Shown here in pieces: positions 40,005-50,600 of a stretch of 64,000 bases of DNA (within the stretch, counting starts at the first letter, position 1; each line of letters opens with the position of its first letter). A program made the translations under genes and the position numbers. The DNA lies in NCBI GenBank assembly GCA_050298055.1, contig JBNKTL010000001.1, positions 1-64,000 of the forward strand. The letters are read 5' to 3'. The notes under the pieces were generated by a model. It saw only the letters and a list, made by a program, of their open reading frames with translations. It did no database searches and had not been told where the DNA came from. Source of the DNA: Spirochaetota bacterium (lineage in GTDB: Bacteria > Spirochaetota > UBA4802 > UBA5550).

Positions 40005-40703
40005 TTAAATATTTTTTATCGATTTTAATTCTTTAAGTCTCTCAATATGGAATGAAAAATCCTTTTCAGGAAATAATTTCGGAAGGTTTTTTACAGCGGT
40101 TTCCATATCATTGATCGCCCTTTTGAGATGAGGTATTTCCTGATTAAAGTCAATATAAAAATATTGCCAGCCCATCACAGCGCCTGAATTAATCATGGAT
40201 TCAAAATATTCTTCAAAGGACAGGTTCATTATTGTGAACCAGTTTTTATCAAATAATGCGATCTTGGGAGGGAAAACTCTTTCTTCTCTGTAAAAACATC
40301 CATACCTCCAGTCATCACGCCAGCTTTGTTTTTCAAAGCTGCATAAATTTTCGAAATTTTTAAGGTGTTGCGGAATCTCTTCGCCGGGCCCCAATGAAAA
40401 ATCAATCTTCCAAAATTCAGATTCTGTGCAGAGAAATAACCACCAATCAAATATTTGAAATCCGCCATAAATGAAGTCATCGGTAATTCCCCAGTAGGAA
40501 AGTTCCAGGTTTGATTGGGGATAATATTTAATAACAGCTGAATCTGTGTCTATTTCCGCTCCCAAATGATTTTTCATACTCTCAATTTGCATTTGAGAAA
40601 AGAACGTATCAACTTCAAAAACTTCTTTTTTTACTGATTTTACATCAATCGCAGGATTTTCTTCAATTTCTTTTATGAATTCCAAAAGTTTATATTCTGT
40701 CAT
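40005..40703 (-). CDS. Acidic AT-rich protein, possibly SMI1/KNR4 (SUKH)-like immunity protein
   Basis: Acidic and aromatic composition; LSFEEYFE...GWQYFY motif. Confidence 0.5.
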   Translation of the reverse strand: MTEYKLLEFIKEIEENPAIDVKSVKKEVFEVDTFFSQMQIESMKNHLGAEIDTDSAVIKYYPQSNLELSYWGITDDFIYGGFQIFDWWLFLCTESEFWKIDFSLGPGEEIPQHLKNFENLCSFEKQSWRDDWRYGCFYREERVFPPKIALFDKNWFTIMNLSFEEYFESMINSGAVMGWQYFYIDFNQEIPHLKRAINDMETAVKNLPKLFPEKDFSFHIERLKELKSIKNI

Positions 40704-40861
40704 ATTTACATGATTTCAAGTTCTTTATTTTTTTGCAGGAACTTACTCCTCTGCAAAAGCTATAATAAACTGTATTTATGAAAAGTCAAAAATATATTTT
40801 TTAGCGAAACTGAAACGACCCCTTTCTAACAATTATTTTATTATTCTCCCTTTATTTTTAC

Positions 40862-40890
40862 TTGAAATTCTCTTCAAAGATACGTAGTAT
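40862..40890 (+). promoter_or_regulatory. Putative sigma70 promoter of the AsmA-like operon
   Basis: TTGAAA-17 nt-TAGTAT. Confidence 0.55.
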
Positions 40891-40962
40891 ATCAAACTTA
40901 TTCAGCAGACTTAATATCAATAATTACTTTAACAGAGATCCCCGTATCCGGGAAAAAACATT

Positions 40963-43900
40963 ATGACAAAGAAAGACCCGAAAAAAAAGAGCATTGAAAA
41001 GAGCAAGAAGAAGGTCCTCAAAGAGATAGAGATAAGCGGTGAGGAGACTGCCGGTCTCTCCCGGGAGGGAGAGAAAAAAAAGACCGGGGAAAAAGCAGAT
41101 CCCGGGACATCAAAAAAATCGTGGTCCGGGAGAAGAAAAGAAAAAAGGGCCGAAAAAAAAGCTGTCCGCAAACAGAGAAAGCTCCGGACAAGAATTCTCA
41201 TCTTCCTGGGAAAAACGGTTTTTATAAGAATCCCGGTCCTGGTCATTCTGCTCCTGGTCATAGCGCTCATTACGGCTAAGATCTACCTCTCTCCCCAGAG
41301 AGTTGAAAACCTGATCACCACAAATTTCAACAGAATGTCCTATGGAGAGATATCCCTGAATGTCAGGGAGTTCAGCCCCTACGGCGGATTTATTATTGAA
41401 AATATCCATATCAAAAACGGAAAGGAATTCAACAATTCTACATTTGTAAAGATAAAGAGACTGGCAGTGAAGTACGGCTTTTTCCCCATCTTTATCGGCA
41501 GCGTGAAGTTTCCTGAGATCGGGATCTATAAGCCGGAGATCTACCTGGAAGAGAGAAACGGTGTCTGGAACGCGGCACGGCTCATGAAACCGGGGGAAAA
41601 GAAACCGGAAGAGGAGAAGGAAAAGAAAAAACCCGAAGAAAAGGAGGGACCGCCGCAAAAGGAGATAAACCTCCCCCTCTCCGTTGAATTCCTCCTGAAC
41701 TTCATTCTGGATGATCTGAAGCTCTACGCCAGAAGCAGTGCCTTCAACACATCCATGGAGGGACTGAGTTTTAATCTCGGCATCGATATCCCTCCCTTTA
41801 AGAAGATACCCCTCTCCGTTGATGCTGTGACCCTTCTCAGGAAACTGAATATCGTCCTTAATCCAAAGGAAGAGATGAAGGTTGCATTTTCCTCTAAGGA
41901 GGCCGGCCTGGCACCGCCCCTTATTCTCACATGGAAGCTGATCTTCTCAAAGGAGGAGAAGAATACACCCCTGTTCAATAGCATCTTCAAGTTCGGGACA
42001 TACAGGGCGCCGGTACGGTTCAGGAAGACCTACCTGGCACCCCTTAATTTCATGGTATCATACGACCTCTTCTACAATCCCCTGGAGGACCACCTGAGCC
42101 TCAAACATTTCGGTGTGCAGTTTGCCGGGAAAAAATGGCTCTACCTTACCGGCAGTATCTCTCATGTAACAAAGAAGCAGAAGATCGACCTCCGGATGGC
42201 CGAGAGCAGTATCTCACTCAACGACCTCTACCCCTATTTCCTGAGCCTGACCGGGGACAGGAGCAAGAGGTTCGGCGGCACCATCTCCCTCATGCCCCTG
42301 ACCATCACCGGGGGCCCGGAAAACATCGACCTGGCGGGGAACCTGGTTCTCAGGAACATCTTCTTCTCCATGCCGAAAACCGCCGCCAGCATACCCTATC
42401 TCAACCTCTCCTATGACATGAAAAAGAGAAGCAGCACAATGATGCTTTCAAGCCTTCTCCGGATACCGGGACTCTATTATTCCCTGAACGGGAAAAGGTC
42501 GGGGAGCAACGGGATTGAGATGAAGATTGATGTAACGGGATATAATATGTTCGCTTCGGCAGTAGCCATCAGGAACTTCGGGCTGAAGCTTTACAGTCCT
42601 CAGGCAAAGACAAATGCCTTGGACCTTACCCTGCAGGGGAATGTTAAGCTTGCCCCGGCGCTTTCGGGGAAAGTGGTAATAAAGAAATTCCGGTTCAACC
42701 AGAAGCCCCTTCTTGTCATGCTTCCCGTGACCTTCCGGCCCGCCATAGAGGGTATCCCCCTCACAAAGCCGGTGGATATGAACCTCGACCTCAACTTTGC
42801 CCTGGGTGACAGGATAAGTGCTCTCCTCAATATGTTCCTGAAGGTGCCGGGACTCAATGCCGGGGGACAGGACCTTGCATTCAACGACCTGAAGCTCAAC
42901 CTTAATGTCCTTATGGACAATAAGAAGAAGTTCCTGAACCTCAAAAGGTTCCACTTTGGGAGCAAAATGTGGAACCTGAGCGTGGACGCGGGGGGGACCC
43001 TCAATATGAAGAAAGCCCCCTTCTCCGACTCTAACCTCAGGTTTGCTCTGACCCTCAACAATCCCGTTCTGCGGACCATTCTTCCCCCCTGGCAGATCGG
43101 GGGACTTGTGGACCTCAGGGCCTATGTGAAGGGTGATCTTGAGACCGGAAAGGCCTGGGGCTCCTTCAGGATCGACAAATTCAACCTGAGAAACGACTCT
43201 CCCGGCCAGATGCTGGCAGTTACGGATGTCAACCTGGACTTCCCCTTTGAGATGCCCTTTGAGTATATCATCCAGAAAAAGTACAAAGGCGAGTCTCTTC
43301 TCACCGTGAACAAGGACTTTATTTTCAATAACGAGAACTTCATGGACAAGCCGAATTTCACCATAAAATCCATTAAGGCAAAACATCCCGCGCGAAAAGT
43401 ACAGTTTGAATACCTGAAAGACTTCGAGGCTTCACTTTTTTTCAGGAAAAACCTCTTCCAGATTTCCAACATGAAGGCATACGTACTGGACGGGTCCCTC
43501 TATGGAAGAAGAATCCTTTTTAATCTTGCCGATATGACCCCTGACAATATGGAATTTATGCTTATTATGGACATAACAAACGTGGACATTAACAAACTGG
43601 CTGAACCTGATCCGAAGAAAAAGACACGGGAAGCGGAACTCTCTCTGAATGCTAACTTTTCCGGAAGAGGCCTCAACATAAAGAAAGAACTAAAACCTGT
43701 TGGTTATATAAACATTTATAAAATCGGGGACGAATTCGCGTCGCGGCTCTTCAAGGGATTGAGCGAGGAAAAAGGTGAATCAAAAATCGGCGTGATTGGA
43801 GATTTTGTCGTGAAAAATTCCGTAAAACCCATTGGCTTCAATTTCAACCTGGACAAGGGACTTGTTTATGCAACAGTACTTTTTAAAAACGATAGTATTA

Positions 43901-44019
43901 TCGGACTGGGTATTGGTATTGAAAATAATAAAATACCTTTCGACAGGATGCCATTACAGGAATACTTAAGAAACATCATGGCAGGAGATGAAAAAGGTGG
44001 TAAAAATGAAACGAAATAG
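40963..44019 (+). CDS. AsmA-like / YdbH-like beta-rich envelope protein
   Basis: Charged cytoplasmic N-tail, single TM helix, long amphipathic beta region; followed by a DUF1318 gene. Confidence 0.7.
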   Translation: MTKKDPKKKSIEKSKKKVLKEIEISGEETAGLSREGEKKKTGEKADPGTSKKSWSGRRKEKRAEKKAVRKQRKLRTRILIFLGKTVFIRIPVLVILLLVIALITAKIYLSPQRVENLITTNFNRMSYGEISLNVREFSPYGGFIIENIHIKNGKEFNNSTFVKIKRLAVKYGFFPIFIGSVKFPEIGIYKPEIYLEERNGVWNAARLMKPGEKKPEEEKEKKKPEEKEGPPQKEINLPLSVEFLLNFILDDLKLYARSSAFNTSMEGLSFNLGIDIPPFKKIPLSVDAVTLLRKLNIVLNPKEEMKVAFSSKEAGLAPPLILTWKLIFSKEEKNTPLFNSIFKFGTYRAPVRFRKTYLAPLNFMVSYDLFYNPLEDHLSLKHFGVQFAGKKWLYLTGSISHVTKKQKIDLRMAESSISLNDLYPYFLSLTGDRSKRFGGTISLMPLTITGGPENIDLAGNLVLRNIFFSMPKTAASIPYLNLSYDMKKRSSTMMLSSLLRIPGLYYSLNGKRSGSNGIEMKIDVTGYNMFASAVAIRNFGLKLYSPQAKTNALDLTLQGNVKLAPALSGKVVIKKFRFNQKPLLVMLPVTFRPAIEGIPLTKPVDMNLDLNFALGDRISALLNMFLKVPGLNAGGQDLAFNDLKLNLNVLMDNKKKFLNLKRFHFGSKMWNLSVDAGGTLNMKKAPFSDSNLRFALTLNNPVLRTILPPWQIGGLVDLRAYVKGDLETGKAWGSFRIDKFNLRNDSPGQMLAVTDVNLDFPFEMPFEYIIQKKYKGESLLTVNKDFIFNNENFMDKPNFTIKSIKAKHPARKVQFEYLKDFEASLFFRKNLFQISNMKAYVLDGSLYGRRILFNLADMTPDNMEFMLIMDITNVDINKLAEPDPKKKTREAELSLNANFSGRGLNIKKELKPVGYINIYKIGDEFASRLFKGLSEEKGESKIGVIGDFVVKNSVKPIGFNFNLDKGLVYATVLFKNDSIIGLGIGIENNKIPFDRMPLQEYLRNIMAGDEKGGKNETK

Positions 44020-44608
44020 CATTTTGATTATAATAACACTTCTTCTCACAACCCTGGGGCTCATTCAATGCAAATCCACGTCAACTCCCAGCTGCTGCGT
44101 TATTGCCGCTCCAAAGGTAAACCTCACGGGAAACAGGACTGTTGTTGAAAGACAGATCGTGGGCGACTACAAGGAATTGGAGAAGGACTCCTGGATCATC
44201 TCCTCGGTAAGGACCACCGTTCAGAAGACAAAGGGCTCCGGTACCCTCACGGCCGCGGACAGGGAGCTTTTCCTGGCCATGAAGGTGAGAGAATTTCACC
44301 TGGAGAGGATAAACGGCTACAAGAAGGAGGGTGCAATCGGGGAAAACAACCTGGGCCTTGTGGAATACAGGAAAACAGCGGAGTTTGAAAAGGACGGGAA
44401 TGCGAAGAAAATTCTTGAAACCATCATAAAAAATGAGAACGAGGCCAGGAAAACCATCTTCAAGAGGACCCTCTATAAAATGAAGAAGAAGGAGCCGGGC
44501 AGGGAGGAGATTGAGGCCTTCGGCAGGCTCTTCGCGGGAGAGCAGAGGGCCCTTGCCCGGAAGAACGAATGGGTGCAGGAAGAATCGGGAAGGTGGGCAC
44601 GAAAATGA
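44006..44608 (+). CDS. DUF1318 (YdbL-like) lipoprotein
   Basis: LIQC lipobox-like; K..GAIGENNLG; ENEARK; NEWVQEESGRW; overlaps both neighbours. Confidence 0.8.
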   Translation: MKRNSILIIITLLLTTLGLIQCKSTSTPSCCVIAAPKVNLTGNRTVVERQIVGDYKELEKDSWIISSVRTTVQKTKGSGTLTAADRELFLAMKVREFHLERINGYKKEGAIGENNLGLVEYRKTAEFEKDGNAKKILETIIKNENEARKTIFKRTLYKMKKKEPGREEIEAFGRLFAGEQRALARKNEWVQEESGRWARK

Positions 44609-47600
44609 AACAAGCTCTTCTCATATTTTCTCTTGTTCTCTCCCTTGCCTTTCTCTCCTGCGGTTCAAAGAGTAAGCTTTTGCAGGAAGTTTTCAGCTAC
44701 CGGGGGATCATGGACAAGGAGTTCAGGTTCAAGACAGGGGACATTGTCCCCGTAACCAGCGAACAGTCCGTGGAACTGGACGGGGACATCTCCCTGGATG
44801 GAAATTATTTCTACTACTCATCCAACAGGGACTTGGGGAACTATGACATCTACATGCGTCTCCTGAACAACATCACCACTCTGAGGATCACCAACCATCC
44901 TTCAAAGGACACATCCCCGTCAATATCCCCCGACGGGAGACGACTTGCCTTTGTCTCAACCCGGGAGGACCCCGAGGGGGACATCTACCTTGTGAACATC
45001 AACCCGGACAAGCTGATAAAAAAGGCCGAAGAATCCATAACCGAACTTCCCTCCCTTGACGGCAGCGCGAAAAACCTCACGCAGTTCCAGGACCCGGTCA
45101 CAAAAACCATCAGGATCATCAGGGACGCATCCCCTGTCTGGTCTCCCGACGGGAAGAGCATCGCCTTCTCATCCACCCGTGGGGGCGGAGAAAATATATG
45201 GACCATGGAGAGGAGCGGGAAAAAACTCACCCGTGTCACTTCAAAAGGGGGACGGTACCCGCATTTTTCTCCCGACGGGAAGGAGATCATCTTCATCTCC
45301 TACAGGGAAAAAGGAAAGGGAGGGGATATCTACACCATCAACCTGGCAACAGGAAAGGAGAAAAGGATTACCGATACCCCATCAATTGAACTGATGCCCT
45401 CATACAGGGGAAACAGCAACGAGATTATCTATACCCTCATCGACAGGGACACCAACGGCGACGGGAAAATCACCCTGAAGGACAACTCTGTGCTCTCCTA
45501 CTACAACCGGGCCGTGAAAAAGGGCTACCCCCTTACACTCTATTCCCGGTCATCTTTCTCCGCCAAATGGCTCCCGGTACTGGAGACCCAGGCCTACAAG
45601 GGAATTATTGTCTACTCAGACCTCGTGGAAGGAAATATCAATATCAACCTCATCCCCGAAACAGGGATCATCCCCCGGTGGGCAAACGCCCTTCTCCAGT
45701 TCATGAACGCCAACAAGTTCCTCACCGTGGAAAACAACAGGGAGAAGTACCTCCTGGCCCTGGAGAGGGTATATGACTTTTTTGGAATGAAAAAAGACAG
45801 GGAATCGGGGATATTTACCTCAAAGGCCCTCTCCATTGCCGCATACCAGTACAAGAATGACGGCAGAACGGAAAAACTCAATTCCATTCTGGAAAAGCTG
45901 AAACAGCTGGGGGAGGAAAAAAACATCTACTCCCAGACCCGGTACGGCTACACCCTCCTCAAGCTCAGGGGAAAGAGGGGGGACGGGCTTATCAGCCGTA
46001 ACCTGCAAAAAGCAAAGGCTGATAAAAGTTACGGCTTTTTCGTACCCTACCTCATGGAAGACCTTGCCGATGAGTACCTTACCACCGGCAGAGAGGAAAA
46101 GGCAGCGGGGACCTATAGTGAAATAATCAACAGCTATCCGAAATACAAAAGGCTCATATCTGTTCATTACAAGTACGCGAAGCTGAAATACAGGACCATG
46201 ACCGATCCTGTTTCGGGATCCATGGAACTGGTCCTGAAAAAAGGCACCCAGTACCAGAAAAAGGAGATGGCTAAGCATATAGTCAGTATCATAGAAAAAA
46301 GTCCCGCAGGTCCCATAAAGATCAGACTCCTTGAAGGTCTGCTCAAGAAATTTCCAAAGGAGAAGAGTATACTCGGGATAGCAGAATTTTCCCTGGCAGA
46401 CAATTATTTAAAAGAGAAGAACTATAAAAAAGCGGAAGAACACTACACACTGGCCCTTAAGAATATCAGCAGGTCAGAGGTCCTCTTCTACAGGGCAAAC
46501 ACCCGCCTGGGCGACCTTGCCCTTATTGACAAGAACACGGACAGGGCTGAGAAGTTTATCTCAACCGCTGTGAACAGGTACAAAGAGGTCTGGAGGGAGC
46601 CGGATATCAGGAAGAGAGCGCTCTGGCTCATCAATTACTACGAGTCAGGGGGGGAGAGGGCCGAAGATTCAGGGGACTACCCGCGGGCCATCGGTCTCTA
46701 CCGGAAATACCACAGGCTCATGACCTTCCTGAACATCAGAAAGTTCACCGTTCTTTACAATAAATACGGCCCCCGTTCCCATATACTCTACATTGACGCC
46801 TATACGAAACTTAACGGGAGCGGAAAGATAGACAATCTCCTGAAAGAATATGTGGGTGATATTAAGAGAAAGAGGCAGGACTTTGACAAGGCATATATCT
46901 ACGGCCTCGCGTATATCTATGCCCTGAAAGCCGTCCATGTTGAAAAGCAGACCGGTATTACAGGCCTCAACATTCCCGGTCTCAGTGATATTCGCGGAAT
47001 GGACAAAACCGGCCTTGAGGGGCTTCTTCTGAACTTTCAGAACGCCCTGGAGCAGGTGGAATGGGCCATTTTCCTGGACGATTCCTTTATTGAACCTTAC
47101 CTCCTCAAAAGCTGGATCTACATGTATGTTGATCTCAGGCGAAACGCAAAGGAGGGTGAAGATGATGAAGAGATCAGCAGGTATTTTCCGAAATTACTCT
47201 GGGAGAAGAACATTGAGTTCCTGAAAAAAGCCCTCTCGGTTAATGATGAATCGAAACAGAGGGAAAATGAGGGAAATATTCTCATAAACATGGCTAACAG
47301 CTACTTTCTCATCAATAACTTTACCGAAGCCCTCAATCACTATACAGGGGCCCTTAAGTATAAGAAAAACTTCGGGACAAAAATTGAAGAAGCACACTTT
47401 TACTTCCATACCGGCTACTGTCACTGGCAGAATAACAACCTTCCCGAAGCCGGGGAGGAGATGAAGAAGGCCCTGAATATCTACAACTCCCTTGCCTCGG
47501 GAGGAAATATCAGGCCCTTTGCCCGGCAGTTCTTCACCTTCTATAAGTACTTTGCCCTCTTTAACAGGATGGACAAAAACTACCCCGAAGCAATCAAATG

Positions 47601-50600
47601 GTACAGGAAGAGCATGTCCTTTGCCTCCCGGTACGGGATAAAGATCGACAGGGCACGGTACCTTCAGGAGATCGCCTACTGCTATTACCGGTCAGGCGAT
47701 ACCGACACGGCAATAGAGAACCTGAAGAGGGCCGGGGAACTCCTGAAAAAATACACCCCCGATGAAAAAACATATAAGCTTACAGTTAATATTTTAAAGT
47801 ATATATCCATTCCCACAATTGATCTTGGCCAGGATGCCGCTGTTGTTGGAGACAACAAGATCTTTACGGAACTGACAAAGAGGGACAAGGAGCTTTTCAA
47901 CATATCACTGCTGGAGACCATCTCCTCTGAAAGCGGGAACTACCGGAAAGCAATTGAGTACCAGGTGGAGAAGATCAAGCTCATTAAGCAGAAGGAGAAT
48001 ATCATTGACCAGGTCTCCCTCACGACATCATTAAACAACACGGGATACTACTATTACAGGCTGAGAAATTATCCCGGGGCGCTGGATTACTTCAACAAGG
48101 CATGGAAACACGCTTCCCATGAGGACGTTAACGACCTGGAAGGGGCATTCACGGCGCTTATGAACCTCACAGACCTCTACGCGTTTATCATTGAGAACAA
48201 TATCGGCATACTGAAAGACCCCCTCAAAGAGATATCCGCTCTAGTTAATAGCGCCAACAGCTACAAAAGCAGTTACGAAGAGATAAGATACAAGCAGGAG
48301 TTTGAGAAGCTTAAAGCGGAGGCAAAGAAGGAAAAAAGAAAGGTCACGGAGCAGGAGAAGACTGAGCTTCGCGGGCAAATCTCCGAAGAAGCAAATAGCA
48401 AATATTCAAAAATCGATACTGCCGTGGCAATCCTCGATTTCTACCGGGCCGAACTCCTCTCCTCAAAAGAGATAAAACCGGGCGCTGCCGGCACAGAAAG
48501 CGCCTATTCATACTATAAACAGAGCAAAGCCATCTATAACATCTATTCGGGATCACTGAAGAGGTTCTCTGACGCCCTGAAGGCCGCACAGGCCATGAAT
48601 AACAGGAAGCTGGTCATCAAGCTCATGATGAATATGGCCGCCTGTTACTCGGAACTGGGTGACACGGATGAGGCCTATACTCAGTACCTGGATGCCCTTG
48701 ATCTCGCGGAAAAATACAGGTACCGGGACCTCCTGTTAAATCTCTCCTTTAAAACCGGGAATTTTCTCCTTGAATATGGAGAAGACGTCGAAGGGGATAA
48801 TTACATGGGAGAGGCACTCTCGACTTTACGGAAAGGGAGAGAACTTTTTGAAAAATATCCCTTTTTGTTCCCGGAGAGCTTTGACCTGATAAAGAAAAGC
48901 TACAGGGCCTCCATTGATATTCTCCTGAAGCTCAACAGGGGAAAAGAGGCTTTTGTGTATACTGAAAAGATGTATGAGGCGGTAAGGTATTTCCTGGTTG
49001 CCGGTACATCCCCCTCATTCTTCAAAGCAAAGGACAAAGCCGATTACCGGCAATACCTGAAAGAAACCAGGACAATAAAGGGACTCATGGAAGAACTTTC
49101 CGGTCTCCTTGAGACGGATGCTGCCGAAGATTCCGTTGAAGTGATCAAACTTAACAGTGAAATCACCGGACAGGAGAAAAAGATCACGGATCTCATACTC
49201 GGTCTTGAAAAGCAGAAGAGACTTCTGGCATCATATCTCTCTGTAAAATACCGGGGTATCCCGGAAGCGGAAAACTCTTCCCTTATCCGTCTGCATAAAA
49301 CCGGCGGAGATATTGCCGCATGGAATATTCTGGGCGGGAAGATCAGATACAGAATTTTTCACACCGGTAATGAAAAATGGAAGGAAAAGCTTGCCGAATT
49401 TATAGAATCAGCAGGTAAAGGGAAAAACCTTTTTGTTGTCCTGAACAGGAGTTCCCGGGAAATCCTCTCAGACCCGGACCTGGGAAAACGGGTGACCGGA
49501 GACTTTATGTATATACCGTCGGTATCGAGGATAAACTTCTATACATCAACAAAAAACAAAAGCTTCAGCAGTATCTATTTCAGCGGCACCGGTCTCCGCA
49601 GCCTGGTAAACCAGCCGGGAATTACCATTACAGAGAAGATACCCGGAAAAATCGACCTGGGCAGCTATACCGCTCTTATTGACACCAGGGAGAGCGGGCT
49701 GCTGAAGCCGTCGCTTTTCTTTGGGAAATCCGTTCAGTCGTCATTCATTGTAAAGGATGTGAAAAAGATCGATTACGATTATGCAGCCCTGCTCGCCGAA
49801 TCGGCACTCTACTCCGGTATTAAAACCGTTGTTATCGCCGAAGGCGGGGATACCTCAACCCTTGGAAGTATTGTTAACACCTCCTATACCGGTGGTTTCC
49901 ATTCCCTGAACAACAACACCACTCTTAAACCCCGTGTATTGGGCATCGGGTACAGGGGAATAGATGCCTCCCGGCGGAAGAGTATCCTGCCGCAGCTGCA
50001 AAACAGTGAATTCGCCCTCTACACTGAGAATCTAAAGAATCGTGACTTCAGGAGCGCAGGGATCCACCTGAACAGATGGATTTCCGGCACAGATGATGCC
50101 GGTTCTCAAAAGAAATTCTCCGATCTCCTGTTCCGGCTCAATCTCCTGTCAGGTGACCTTGACGCTGCGCTGAGAACAATCGAAAGAGATGAAAAAACCG
50201 GGGACAAAGACCCTGAAAAACTTCTCAACTCCACTCTGAAAAAGATCTATATTTTCCTTTACAGGGGAGATTTTAAACTGGCATCAGAACTGATAAAAAA
50301 AGCTGAAACCTCCCCGGCGGAAAAATACTACGACTACCAGGTTTTTAAAGCCATAGAGGAACTCGCTGTCCGGGGAGCCGAAAAACCCGTTGTATTTCAA
50401 AAGGAGAGAGAAGAAAAGACCCCCGGCCTTAAATCTCTGATTCCCCGTGCAAGGATCAACCTCCTCTATGCGGAATATCTTGCCCTTTTCAACAAAAACG
50501 TCAGTGCGCTCATGCCTGAAGCCCTTTCAGGGAGAGACCTCTCTCACAGGGAAATTCTTAAGGCCGCCTTTCTCGGTTTAAAGGTTACCGATACTGCCGG

